The notes: generated by a model from the letters alone, not told the origin. DNA of 64,000 nucleotides from Spirochaetales bacterium (GCA_012797605.1 JAAZOT010000050.1:4655-68654), one strand, 5' to 3'. Positions 19,294 through 29,614 are shown, counted from the stretch's first letter. Numbers and translations: made by a program.

Positions 19294-22155
19294 ATGGGAA
19301 AAGTGAAGATTAATCTACAAGATATAAAAATAGTTGGTGCAAGAGAACATAACTTAAAAAACATCTCTGTTACCATCCCAAGAAATTCATTTACAGTTAT
19401 AACAGGTGTATCTGGATCAGGCAAATCCTCTTTAGCCTTTGACACATTATATGCAGAAGGGCAAAGAAGATATGTTGAAAGTCTTTCATCATATGCAAGA
19501 CAATTTTTAGGACTGATGAAAAAGCCAGATGTCGATTTTATTGAAGGACTATCTCCTGCTATATCTATTGAGCAAAAGAAACTAAATAGAAATCCAAGAT
19601 CGACTGTTGGTACTATTACAGAAATTTATGATTATCTTCGTCTTTTATATACAAATGCATCTGAGGTATTTTGTTATCAATGTGGAAGAAAACTTGAAAA
19701 ACAATCTATAGACCAAATTGTTAATTCAATCTTTTCATTACCCCAAGGAACAAAAATAATGATTTTATCTCCCTATGCCGTCAATAAAAAAGGAACTTAT
19801 AAGAATGATTTCGAAAACTTAAGAAAAATTGGTTTTTATAGAATCATAGTCGATGATAAGGAATATACCTTAGATCAAAATATTGAACTAAATAAAAATG
19901 AAAAACATGATATTTATATTGTAGTCGATAGAATTCAATTAGCTTTAGATAAGAAAAAAAGGATATTTGAATCTGTCGAACAAGCCATAAAATATGGTAA
20001 TGATAAAGTTTTAATAAGGATAATTGAATCTGAAAAGGATAATAAAGATATACTTTACTCTACAAAACTTGCTTGCCCTAACTGTGATATATCCTATCCA
20101 GATATTAGCCCTGCATTATTTTCATTTAATGCGCCAGAAGGAGCATGCGAAGCATGTCACGGACTTGGAGTAAATTTAGAATTTGATGTCGATAAGATCT
20201 TTGATTTTACTTTGTCAATAGAAGAAGGTGGAATAATACCATTTTCATACGATGAAAATAGTTGGTTTGGTTCTATAATAAGTTCTGCTTGTAAATCTTA
20301 TGGTATTCCTTTAGATAAGCCATTAGAAAAGATTCCTAAAGAAAAATTAGATTTACTTTTATATGGAAGTAAAAAAGAGATAACGGTATCTTATAAATCT
20401 GAAAAAAGTGAATATACAGGGAAAAAGGTATTTGAAGGAATTATCCCTTTATTATATAGAAGATACAATGAAACAAGCTCAGAAGATATTCGACAATGGT
20501 TAGAGCAATACATGAAAGAAAGTGTCTGTACAAAATGTAATGGTGATAGGTTGAATAATTATGCTCTTTCAATAAGGATTGAAGGGCTTAATATAATCGA
20601 ATTTACTAGAAATTCTGTGGAAAAGTCCCTTGAGTTTATAAAAAACCTAAGATTATCTGAAACAAAGCAGTTAATAGTGAAGGAGATTTTAAAGGAAATA
20701 ACAAGCCGATTAAAATTTTTAAATGATGTTGGTCTTGGATATATTACTTTAGATAGAAAATCCTATACATTATCCGGTGGAGAAGCACAAAGAATACATC
20801 TAGCAACTCAAATAGGCAGTCAACTTTCTGGTGTAATGTATGTTCTAGATGAACCAACCATTGGTCTTCATCAAAAGGATAATGAAAAGCTTATCAATGC
20901 ATTGAAAGAATTGCAAAGCATTGGAAATACTTTAATTGTTGTTGAGCATGATAAACAGACAATGCTTGAAGCAGATTACATAATAGATTTGGGACCTCAA
21001 GCCGGATTAAATGGCGGTAAGGTAATGTTTGAAGGTTCAGTTGAACAACTTATGAAATCAAATACTCTAACTTCAGATTATTTAAACGGGAAAAAAATTA
21101 TAAAATTGCCAGAAAAAAGACGAAAAGGCAGTGGTAAATTCATCAAAATAAAAAAAGCATCATTGCACAACTTGAAAAATATAGATGTACAAATTCCATT
21201 AGAAACCTTTACTGTAGTAACTGGGGTTTCTGGGTCAGGTAAATCAAGTTTAATAATAGATTTATTGTATCCAGCTTTACAATATGAAAAATCATTTAAG
21301 AAAAAAAATTCTGAGCTTACCCCTTTTTACAAGAGTATAGAAGGCTTCGAATTTATTAATTCGGTGTATCATATAGATCAATCGCCGATTGGCAGGACCC
21401 CAAGGTCTAATCCAGCAACATATACAAAGGTTTTTGATCATATCAGAGCACTCTATGCTTCTTTGCCTGAATCAAAAGCAAGAGGCTATAATCAAGGGCG
21501 TTTTTCTTTTAATGTTAAGGGTGGAAGATGTGAACATTGTCAGGGAGAAGGTGAGACTACAATACATATGCATTTTTTACCAGATATCTCAGTTACATGC
21601 GAAGTATGTAAGGGGAAAAGATTTAATTCACAAACTCTAGAAGTTTTATACAAGGGGAAAAGTATCGCAGATATACTTGAACTTTCAGTAGATGAAGCAT
21701 ATGATTTTTTCAGTACAATACCATCGATAGCAAACAAGTTGAAACTTTTAATTGATGTTGGACTTGGATATATAAAACTTGGTCAGTCTGCCACAACTTT
21801 ATCCGGGGGTGAGGCTCAAAGATTAAAGCTAACTAGAGAACTCGGTAAAACAAGTAAAAATGGGATTTCAAATATATATTTTCTTGATGAACCAACTACT
21901 GGACTGCATTTTGATGATATTAGAAAATTAATAGCAATCTTACAGAGATTGGTGGATAATGGTAATACTGTTGTAGTGATTGAACATAATCTTGATCTAA
22001 TAAAATCAGCAGATTATATTATTGATTTGGGACCAGAAGGAGGAGAACATGGCGGCAATCTTGTATTCCAAGGTTATATGGACCAGTTCTTATCCTTTGA
22101 AAATTCATATACTTCTTTTTACTTAAAAAAGGAAATTGATGAAGATAGAAAATAG
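19294..22155 (+). CDS. uvrA: Excinuclease ABC subunit A
   Basis: 953 aa with two ABC modules (GVSGSGKSS twice, LSGGEAQR twice) and CxxC zinc-finger pairs. Confidence 0.95.
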   Translation: MGKVKINLQDIKIVGAREHNLKNISVTIPRNSFTVITGVSGSGKSSLAFDTLYAEGQRRYVESLSSYARQFLGLMKKPDVDFIEGLSPAISIEQKKLNRNPRSTVGTITEIYDYLRLLYTNASEVFCYQCGRKLEKQSIDQIVNSIFSLPQGTKIMILSPYAVNKKGTYKNDFENLRKIGFYRIIVDDKEYTLDQNIELNKNEKHDIYIVVDRIQLALDKKKRIFESVEQAIKYGNDKVLIRIIESEKDNKDILYSTKLACPNCDISYPDISPALFSFNAPEGACEACHGLGVNLEFDVDKIFDFTLSIEEGGIIPFSYDENSWFGSIISSACKSYGIPLDKPLEKIPKEKLDLLLYGSKKEITVSYKSEKSEYTGKKVFEGIIPLLYRRYNETSSEDIRQWLEQYMKESVCTKCNGDRLNNYALSIRIEGLNIIEFTRNSVEKSLEFIKNLRLSETKQLIVKEILKEITSRLKFLNDVGLGYITLDRKSYTLSGGEAQRIHLATQIGSQLSGVMYVLDEPTIGLHQKDNEKLINALKELQSIGNTLIVVEHDKQTMLEADYIIDLGPQAGLNGGKVMFEGSVEQLMKSNTLTSDYLNGKKIIKLPEKRRKGSGKFIKIKKASLHNLKNIDVQIPLETFTVVTGVSGSGKSSLIIDLLYPALQYEKSFKKKNSELTPFYKSIEGFEFINSVYHIDQSPIGRTPRSNPATYTKVFDHIRALYASLPESKARGYNQGRFSFNVKGGRCEHCQGEGETTIHMHFLPDISVTCEVCKGKRFNSQTLEVLYKGKSIADILELSVDEAYDFFSTIPSIANKLKLLIDVGLGYIKLGQSATTLSGGEAQRLKLTRELGKTSKNGISNIYFLDEPTTGLHFDDIRKLIAILQRLVDNGNTVVVIEHNLDLIKSADYIIDLGPEGGEHGGNLVFQGYMDQFLSFENSYTSFYLKKEIDEDRK

Positions 22156-22171
22156 ATTATTAGAGGAAACT

Positions 22172-22744
22172 ATGAAGACAAAATCAAATCTTCCTTTTTT
22201 ATTGATTCTTTTTTCATTATTCTTTTTTCTTGTTAACTTATCATCAATAAATTGCTACGCACAGGTAGCACCGACACTTCCACCAAATTTTTTTACTGAT
22301 GTTCCTTCAAATCATTGGGCTTATCAAGCTCTATTGAAGTTGTATCAGTTAGGGTTAATAACTGGTTATCCAGATGGAACTTACAAAGGAAATCAAGCTA
22401 TGTCGAGATATGAAATAGCTTTAGTCATTTATAAACTTCTAATTTATCTTCAGTCACAAATAAATAATACCAGCACTAATTTAACAAATACAAACTTGAC
22501 AAATGATAATTTCGAAAAAATCATCGCTGAAATATTACAAAAATCAAAACTAACTGAAGAAGAATTAAAAATATTGAAAGATCTTATAAATGAATTCAAA
22601 AATGAATTAATTTCCATGGAGAATCAGTATAAATCTTTGGAATTGAGAGTTCAAGCTCTTGAAAAAAATCAGACGGCTTTATATGTTTCTATTTCCTCTC
22701 TTGTGGTTTCTATTATTTCAATTATAATTGCCTTGGTTTTTTGA
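22172..22744 (+). CDS. SLH-domain coiled-coil envelope protein with C-terminal membrane anchor (Omp-alpha-like)
   Basis: Start moved to the ATG at 22172 (GAGG upstream). Signal peptide MKTKSNLPFLLILFSLFFFLVNLSSINCYAQ. SLH motif FTDVPSNHWAYQALLKLYQLGLITGYPDGTYKGNQAMSRYEIALVIYKLL. Heptad-rich segment, then a C-terminal hydrophobic helix ALYVSISSLVVSIISIIIALVF. Confidence 0.7.
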   Translation: MKTKSNLPFLLILFSLFFFLVNLSSINCYAQVAPTLPPNFFTDVPSNHWAYQALLKLYQLGLITGYPDGTYKGNQAMSRYEIALVIYKLLIYLQSQINNTSTNLTNTNLTNDNFEKIIAEILQKSKLTEEELKILKDLINEFKNELISMENQYKSLELRVQALEKNQTALYVSISSLVVSIISIIIALVF

Positions 22745-22754
22745 CGGAGTATTC

Positions 22755-25310
22755 ATGATTCTTACATATATCAGTAATTTTAGTATTCCAATTATTAAAA
22801 GAGTCTTTCTATTTATTATTTTTATTAGTACTATCATTTTTCTAATAAATACTTTGAGTTTCTCTTTGTATGCGCAAGAATCATCGAAAGATCAAAATCA
22901 ATATAATGAGTCAATTTATACTTATTTAAGTCCAGAAGAAGCTTATTTTATTATAACTTATTCTAATATAGATGAATTAAAAAAAATCGCTACTGCGCTT
23001 GGGATAAGTTTTTCAGATGATATCACAATTGACAACTTAAGAAAACTTCTATATGAGTATTATAATTTTAAGGAAATTAAAAAAGAAAGTTCTGAAGATT
23101 CCATCTTTATTAAAACTACAGATATAATAAATATTTCTGAAGAAGGCAAAATAATAGATCTTGTAGGTAATAATTATATAATTTATAAAGGATATATATT
23201 TAAAGCAGACAGAGTAGTTTTTTATACTGATGAAGAAACATTCTATGGATATGGAAATGTTAGTTTTAAATCATCCTCACTTGAAGCGACAGCAGAATCT
23301 TTTGAGTATTCTATTCCAAAAAAAAATGGAATACTTTATAATGCAACTATTTATATTGATAAATATATAATATCTACGAAAAAAGCAAACATTTCAAATA
23401 ATAGTGTGTTAACAACTGAAAAAGCAACTGTTACTCAATGTAATTATGATGATCCACATTATTTTTTAAAGGTAAGCAGAGTTTTATATTCTGAATCTAT
23501 AATCTATTTTTATGAAATTGAGCTTTATATAGGAAATGAAAATATGCTTTATCTACCTATCTATATTTCATATGAAAAAGGTTATGGCTATCCATTATTA
23601 TTTAGTATGGATTATGGGTATAGAGAAGGTTTCATGTTCTTTAATACTTTGAGCAAAAAAAATTATGAAATGTATTTTGATTTATATGAAAGACTTGGTT
23701 TATATATTGGTTTTAAAACTTCATTTAAATGGGCAAAAAATAGTTACAATTTATTAGCTGGATTTGCTATAAGTCCAGACTTGTTTTATTTACAAGAAGA
23801 TTATAGTTGGACAATTATTCCACCAGATAGTAAATTTTCATTATATAATATTAACTTAAGAACAGCTTTTAATGGGACATTAAAATTAAATCCTTTTTCT
23901 TCTTTGGGTATTACTATTAATTATGCTTACTATTCAGATCCTTATTTTAAATATGATTATTTTTTAAGGGAAAGATTTTTAAGATTTGATATTACCCAAT
24001 TTACTTCGTTTGATTGGGAAAATGATTATAATCTTTTTCCTTCAGCATTAATGAGCTTTAATGAAGAAGTTATAGTTAATATTAAGATATTAAAATATAA
24101 TTTAAACATATCTTCAGCTTTAAACTTTACTGCAACAAAAAATACTGAAGTAGATGAGCAGTCTCTTTTAAATTATCTATATTCTCCTAAGTATTATCAA
24201 TACTATTTGAGTTCGATTAAATGGTATTCTGCAAATTTTGGGGTTAACTTGTTCACATTTTCAAATAACTTTATAAATTTTAGCCTTAACAATTCAAATT
24301 ATTCAAATTATTATTCATATTATAATACTGATTTTGAGGTAACTAAAAAAACATTAATGGCAAATACTTCCTTAAATCCAAGTTTCTCATTTAAGTATAA
24401 CTTTTTTTCTTACTCTTTTTCTATGAATAATAATATTTCTTATTCAGAAACAATTACTGAAGGTACTACTCAGACTATTAATGAAACTTTAATCTATTAT
24501 TCTACTATTTCAAATTCAATTAATATTCAAATACCATTTGTTCGTCTTACTTTTAACATAGCTCAAAGTTACAGAAATTCTCTATTAGAACCAGTAGATT
24601 TTGGTTGGTTATCAAACAAGGCTACAGCTTCAATAATATTTAATCCATTTAGTTTTATAAGTTTTTCATCTAGTTTAGGCTATAGCTTTTTGAATACATC
24701 AAATCAAGATTTGTGGGAGATTAATCCTGAAAACTTTGATATTTTGAATCTTTCTGGTCAAATAAAAGATAAATATTTATTACTATCATGGAATTCTAGA
24801 TTTTATATTAATATTGAAAGATTTTTGTATCATCAATTTAACTTTTCAGTTAATATTCCTAAAATGAAGTTTTGGTTTTTTTGGATAACTTTATCAAATA
24901 GTATGAGCTTAAAAATAGATGAAACAAATCCATTTTTAAGTTCATTCGAAAATAATTTTAATCTTGCATTTTCTATAGAAAATCAACTTCAAATACTTTT
25001 TAGAGTTACTTCATATAATCAATTCCTATATAGATACTCATCTTTTGACGAAGCCTTTATAGATCTTATAAATTCTTTTAACTTTTTTAATTATGAAGCT
25101 AGGCTAAATTCTTATTTTGATTTAAGATCCTTATCATTATCAATAACTAGATACCTCCATGATATGACCTTACAATTTCAAATAACAGGTTCATTTGTTT
25201 TATCATCTGATAATACTCAGTATAGCTTTGTTCTTTCATATGCAATATATATAATATCAAACTTCTTAGAAGGTTATAAATATTCAAATCAATGGGAGAA
25301 TATTTTTTAA
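22755..25310 (+). CDS. Large outer-membrane beta-barrel protein with OstA/LptD-like N-terminal domain
   Basis: Start moved to the ATG at 22755 (GGAG upstream). N-terminal signal ends in SLYAQ. An OstA-like segment is present (GNNYIIYKGYIFKADRVVFYTDEETFYGYGNVSF). The C-terminal region is long, aromatic and Asn/Ser-rich, and ends in a terminal Phe (QWENIF), as in OMP beta-barrels. Confidence 0.5.
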   Translation: MILTYISNFSIPIIKRVFLFIIFISTIIFLINTLSFSLYAQESSKDQNQYNESIYTYLSPEEAYFIITYSNIDELKKIATALGISFSDDITIDNLRKLLYEYYNFKEIKKESSEDSIFIKTTDIINISEEGKIIDLVGNNYIIYKGYIFKADRVVFYTDEETFYGYGNVSFKSSSLEATAESFEYSIPKKNGILYNATIYIDKYIISTKKANISNNSVLTTEKATVTQCNYDDPHYFLKVSRVLYSESIIYFYEIELYIGNENMLYLPIYISYEKGYGYPLLFSMDYGYREGFMFFNTLSKKNYEMYFDLYERLGLYIGFKTSFKWAKNSYNLLAGFAISPDLFYLQEDYSWTIIPPDSKFSLYNINLRTAFNGTLKLNPFSSLGITINYAYYSDPYFKYDYFLRERFLRFDITQFTSFDWENDYNLFPSALMSFNEEVIVNIKILKYNLNISSALNFTATKNTEVDEQSLLNYLYSPKYYQYYLSSIKWYSANFGVNLFTFSNNFINFSLNNSNYSNYYSYYNTDFEVTKKTLMANTSLNPSFSFKYNFFSYSFSMNNNISYSETITEGTTQTINETLIYYSTISNSINIQIPFVRLTFNIAQSYRNSLLEPVDFGWLSNKATASIIFNPFSFISFSSSLGYSFLNTSNQDLWEINPENFDILNLSGQIKDKYLLLSWNSRFYINIERFLYHQFNFSVNIPKMKFWFFWITLSNSMSLKIDETNPFLSSFENNFNLAFSIENQLQILFRVTSYNQFLYRYSSFDEAFIDLINSFNFFNYEARLNSYFDLRSLSLSITRYLHDMTLQFQITGSFVLSSDNTQYSFVLSYAIYIISNFLEGYKYSNQWENIF

Positions 25311-28129
25311 TGAAAATAAAATTAAAAAAAGTAACTATTTATGGTTTTAAATCTTTTGCAGAAAAGACTCAATTTGTTTTCGATAGCGATATTACTGGAA
25401 TAGTCGGTCCTAATGGTTGTGGTAAATCGAATATAGTTGATGCAATTTATTGGGTATTTCAAAATCATAGCTTAAAAACATTAAGAGCAAATGAAAAACA
25501 GGATTTAATATTTAAAGGAAATGATATTAAACCTCCAGCTGGGTTTGCCGAAGTTGAAATTGTTTTTGATGTCTATGATACAAAAGATAATGAAATTGAC
25601 GGGACTGAAAATTTAAAAGAAGAGTTTTCAATAAAAAAAAGATTATATCCTTCCGGTGAAGTTATATATTATTTAAATAAAAAAGAAGTCAGACCAAAAG
25701 ATATTTCGGAATTCTTAAAAAATTATTCGATTAATACTATAGATTATTCAATAATAGGGCAGGGATCGGTTTCAAAAATAATTGATATGAAACCAGAAGA
25801 TAGGGTAGAACTTATAGAATCTGCTGCTGGGATTAAAAATATTAAGAATGATAGAATTAAAGCTTTTGTTGAACTTTCAAAAACCGATGAGAATCTTAAA
25901 TCAGTCTCACTTCTCTTAGAAGAACTTGAAAATGAAGTAAATAAATTAAAACAACAAGCAGATAAAGCTAAATTATATAAGGAATTAAATGAAAAAATAG
26001 TTTTTTCTGAACAAGCTTTAGCAATACTCAAATATAGAAAACTTTTAGATAATTTAAATAAATTACAGATTGATTTTGATAATAGCACTCAAAATTTGAA
26101 AAAATATGAAGAAAAAATTTTAGAGATTGAAAACTTAAAATCAAATATATCCTCTAAAATAAAAGAGATCGAGCGAAATATCAATGAGAAAAGGGAAAAT
26201 ATTTTTAAATTAGAATCAGATATTGCAGTAATTGAAAAGACTATACTTCTTTCTCAAAAAAGATATGAAGAGTTAGGGATAGAAAAAAGAAGAAAAATAG
26301 AGGATCTTCAATTTTTCCAAAATAGATTAAAAAAAATCGATGAAGTTCTATCATTTCCAATAAATGAAATAAAGGAAGAGCTTGAATATGAGATTAATAA
26401 AAAGGAAGAATTAGAATCAGAGATTACAAAAATAAATGAAAAGATTAATAACTATAATTCCAATCAAGAGAAATCTATATCTGAAGTAAAAAAGATTGAA
26501 AAGCAATTGAAAGAACTATATAAAGAACAAGAAGATTTTTTAAATGAGGAAATAACAAATCTTTTTTCAAATCTTTCAATTGCAAAGATGAAAGTCTTGA
26601 ATCTTTCAAATAATGCAAATCTTTTAAATGATGATTCAAAAATGACTCATGCAAAGTTAATTTCATTAGAAAAAAGAATAGACGATATTTTAAAATTTTC
26701 TGATTCCTCTCAATTGAATAAGTTACTTAACTATATAAATGAGATTAAAAAGGAAATAGATCTTTTATCTAAGCAAATTTCAAATAATAATGGTAGATTT
26801 GAAATGCTTTTATCTACATCAAAAGAAATTGAATCATTGTTATTTGGAAAAGATTCAATTTTTACAAAATTTCAAGAGTTTAATGATAAAATATCTTCAC
26901 TCGATGAAAAGATAGATGTTGAAAAAAACAACTTATCTTTTATAGAACAGGAACTTGCTTCTTCTTTAGAAACAAAAAATCTAATTAATAAAAGATTAGA
27001 AGAAATAAATAGAAAGATTTTTCAACTAGAAGAAAAAATAAAAAATTATGAATCAAACAAAATTAGATTGGAAAATGAAAAAGTTGAATTACTTTACAAT
27101 ATAAAGCAGAAAGAGGAAGAGATCTCTCAATTAGAAAGCAATCTCGAAAAAATAAAGAAAGAAGGAATAGAATTAATAGATGAAAAAGATAAAATATTTA
27201 AAAATAAAAAAGAGTTAGATGGACAGATTAGGGATTATGAAAAAGAAATAGATAAATATAAGGATGAACTCACAAAATGTTATATTGAAAACGAATCAGT
27301 CATAAAAGAGAAAAACAATCTTTTATCTATAAGGGAAAACTTTAATATCACAAAAACAAAGATAGAGACTCAATGCGAATCGATTAGAATGAGTTTTTAT
27401 GAAAATTATAGAATCATCCTATCAGATGATTTTATAAATAGTGAAAAGTTTTCAAATATTAAGGAATCTGAGATTAGAAATGTAATTTTCGAATCAAGGA
27501 AAATTCTTGAAGAAATAGGGCAGGTAAATTTTTTATCTATTGAAGAATATGAGGAAGTTTCCAAAAGATATAATTTTATTAATAAACAAAAGCAGGATAT
27601 TATAGAAGCAAAAGAAAAAATTATTCAATTAATAAATGAACTTGATGAAAAAATTAAAGTCAAATTCATCGATGCATTTGATAGAATTAATGAAAATTTC
27701 AAGACTATTTTCTGCGAAGTTTTTGGTGGTGGAAATGCATCTATGATTTTAACAAAACCAGATAATATTTATGAAACTGGGATTGAAATAGTAATACAAC
27801 CTCCTGGAAAAAATATTTCAAATATTTCACTTCTTTCTGGAGGAGAAACAGCGATGTCTTCTATTTCTCTTCTTTTTGCATTTTTTTTATATAATCCATC
27901 TCCATTTTGTATAATGGATGAAGTCGACGCACCTTTCGATGAAAATAATATTATGCTTTTTAAAAGGCTCATTCAAAGGTTTTCTAAGGATACTCAATTT
28001 TTCTTGATCTCTCATAATAAATTGACCTTAGAAATTGCAGATATTTTATATGGTATTACAATGGAAAATGATGGTATATCTAAAGTTGTCTCAGTTAAAC
28101 TTGAAGAGATTAAAAATGCTGCTTCATAA
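25310..28129 (+). CDS. smc: Chromosome partition protein Smc with canonical head but no recognisable hinge domain
   Basis: Start at the ATG at 25310 (TAATG overlap with the upstream stop). N-terminal head FKSFAEKTQFVFDSDITGIVGPNGCGKSNIVDAIYWVF. Q-loop IIGQGSVSKII. C-terminal head LLSGGETAMSSISLLFAFF and FCIMDEVDAPFD. At 939 aa it is much shorter than typical Smc proteins. Confidence 0.85.
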   Translation: MKIKLKKVTIYGFKSFAEKTQFVFDSDITGIVGPNGCGKSNIVDAIYWVFQNHSLKTLRANEKQDLIFKGNDIKPPAGFAEVEIVFDVYDTKDNEIDGTENLKEEFSIKKRLYPSGEVIYYLNKKEVRPKDISEFLKNYSINTIDYSIIGQGSVSKIIDMKPEDRVELIESAAGIKNIKNDRIKAFVELSKTDENLKSVSLLLEELENEVNKLKQQADKAKLYKELNEKIVFSEQALAILKYRKLLDNLNKLQIDFDNSTQNLKKYEEKILEIENLKSNISSKIKEIERNINEKRENIFKLESDIAVIEKTILLSQKRYEELGIEKRRKIEDLQFFQNRLKKIDEVLSFPINEIKEELEYEINKKEELESEITKINEKINNYNSNQEKSISEVKKIEKQLKELYKEQEDFLNEEITNLFSNLSIAKMKVLNLSNNANLLNDDSKMTHAKLISLEKRIDDILKFSDSSQLNKLLNYINEIKKEIDLLSKQISNNNGRFEMLLSTSKEIESLLFGKDSIFTKFQEFNDKISSLDEKIDVEKNNLSFIEQELASSLETKNLINKRLEEINRKIFQLEEKIKNYESNKIRLENEKVELLYNIKQKEEEISQLESNLEKIKKEGIELIDEKDKIFKNKKELDGQIRDYEKEIDKYKDELTKCYIENESVIKEKNNLLSIRENFNITKTKIETQCESIRMSFYENYRIILSDDFINSEKFSNIKESEIRNVIFESRKILEEIGQVNFLSIEEYEEVSKRYNFINKQKQDIIEAKEKIIQLINELDEKIKVKFIDAFDRINENFKTIFCEVFGGGNASMILTKPDNIYETGIEIVIQPPGKNISNISLLSGGETAMSSISLLFAFFLYNPSPFCIMDEVDAPFDENNIMLFKRLIQRFSKDTQFFLISHNKLTLEIADILYGITMENDGISKVVSVKLEEIKNAAS

Positions 28130-28178
28130 AAAAGTATTATAAGAAAAACTAATATAAATAATAAAATAAAATAAAAAG

Positions 28179-28565
28179 ATGAAACAATTTAATTTTAAAG
28201 AGTTCTTTGAGTTCCTTTTCCCTGAAGATACAATAAAAGTAATTGCTCTTATCATTATTGTAATTTTATTAATACTATCAATTGTTATAACATTTGTTGT
28301 AGTCAAACATACAAAAAAAAATATAATTGAACAAGAGCCTCAACAAAAGGTAGTTCCCAAAATCGAAGATATGGATCTAATTGAACCAGAATATTTTATA
28401 GAAGAAAATTATGATTTCAATCTTATTATTAATCAAAAGGGAAAGCCAGAATTAAGTGATTTTGAGAATCTATTGAAATACCATGAATTCAGTGATTTTA
28501 CAGATTATTTTTTAAATTTGCAATTTTACGAAAAAAAAGTAAATGAGTTTTTGAAAAATGATTAA
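28179..28565 (+). CDS. Hypothetical single-pass membrane protein
   Basis: 128-aa ORF with one TM helix (VIALIIIVILLILSIVITFVVV). No recognisable motif. Confidence 0.5.
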   Translation: MKQFNFKEFFEFLFPEDTIKVIALIIIVILLILSIVITFVVVKHTKKNIIEQEPQQKVVPKIEDMDLIEPEYFIEENYDFNLIINQKGKPELSDFENLLKYHEFSDFTDYFLNLQFYEKKVNEFLKND

Positions 28566-28588
28566 TAACTAAAAAATCAGGAATAAAT

Positions 28589-29614
28589 TTGAAAAAATTT
28601 TGTGTTTTAAAAAAATTTTCAGTGCTTTTCTTTTTATACTTTTTATTTTATTTTTTTATTATTAATTGTTTTGTTCTTGTTATATATGGAGAAGAAAACA
28701 ATTATTCAAAAGATGTCTTGATGAATTCAATTTTTTCGATTCAATTCGATTCGAATAGTTGGATAATTCAATCGATTGATAAGGATTATCTCACTTTGGT
28801 TTCTAAAGATATCGCTTATGATACAGTATCTTTTCATTTCAAACCAAAAAAAATTGGTAAAACCTCTATAGAATTTTATGATTTATATAAAAAAGGAAGT
28901 ATCATTTATAACATAAATATCTCTGAAAATGTACAGATAAATCCGAGTTTTACATTTTCTTTTGCGGAAAATACAAATATTTCTAATACTTCTAATACAA
29001 CCTCCTATTTTGATATTGCTTTTTTTCTTTTTTCAAATGGTATGTATCAAGATGCAATAAATTATTTTATTAAGGGAAAAGAAAACGAACCATTGAATTT
29101 TCAAAAAATTGGTGCATCCAAAATAGCCTATTATCTTGGAGTTTGCTATTTTAACTTAAAACAATACAATGTTGCATCTTCGTACTTTGCCCAAGCAAAA
29201 AACTCTTCAATCTTTGATATTCAGGTTTATTCATATTACTATATGGCCAAAACTCAAATAATGCTAAAAAATTATGATTTGGCTCTCGATAATTTGTTTT
29301 TCTTGATTTATAAATTAAATCCAGATAACTCACTCTATGATAATTCATATTTTTTGATTTCATCTATTTATTATGAAAAAAAAGATTATGAGCATATAAT
29401 CTTACTTATTTATCCCAAGATAGATATACTTGATAGATCCGTATTCAAGGATTATTTTAATTATTATCTTGCGATCTCATACTATGATGGTAGAAAAGAT
29501 TTTCTAACAGCGTATAGTTTTTTGAAGAAGATATCAAATAGTTCTTTTGAGTATTATGATAAAGTTCAAGAAATGATAAAAAATATAGAAGCTAATTTTA
29601 TAGATTTTCATTAA
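28589..29614 (+). CDS. TPR-repeat protein with N-terminal membrane anchor/signal
   Basis: 341 aa with a TTG start and a hydrophobic N-terminus. The C-terminal half has several TPR-like repeats (YFDIAFFLFSNGMYQDAINYFIKG, AYYLGVCYFNLKQYNVASSYFAQA). Confidence 0.55.
   Translation: MKKFCVLKKFSVLFFLYFLFYFFIINCFVLVIYGEENNYSKDVLMNSIFSIQFDSNSWIIQSIDKDYLTLVSKDIAYDTVSFHFKPKKIGKTSIEFYDLYKKGSIIYNINISENVQINPSFTFSFAENTNISNTSNTTSYFDIAFFLFSNGMYQDAINYFIKGKENEPLNFQKIGASKIAYYLGVCYFNLKQYNVASSYFAQAKNSSIFDIQVYSYYYMAKTQIMLKNYDLALDNLFFLIYKLNPDNSLYDNSYFLISSIYYEKKDYEHIILLIYPKIDILDRSVFKDYFNYYLAISYYDGRKDFLTAYSFLKKISNSSFEYYDKVQEMIKNIEANFIDFH

Noticed and set aside
25744-26088. 114-aa antisense ORF within smc (also 26475-26666 and 27769-27972).
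   Set aside because: Antisense to an AAG/GAA-rich coiled-coil coding region, which gives stop-free Leu/Ser/Phe-rich reverse frames by composition alone.
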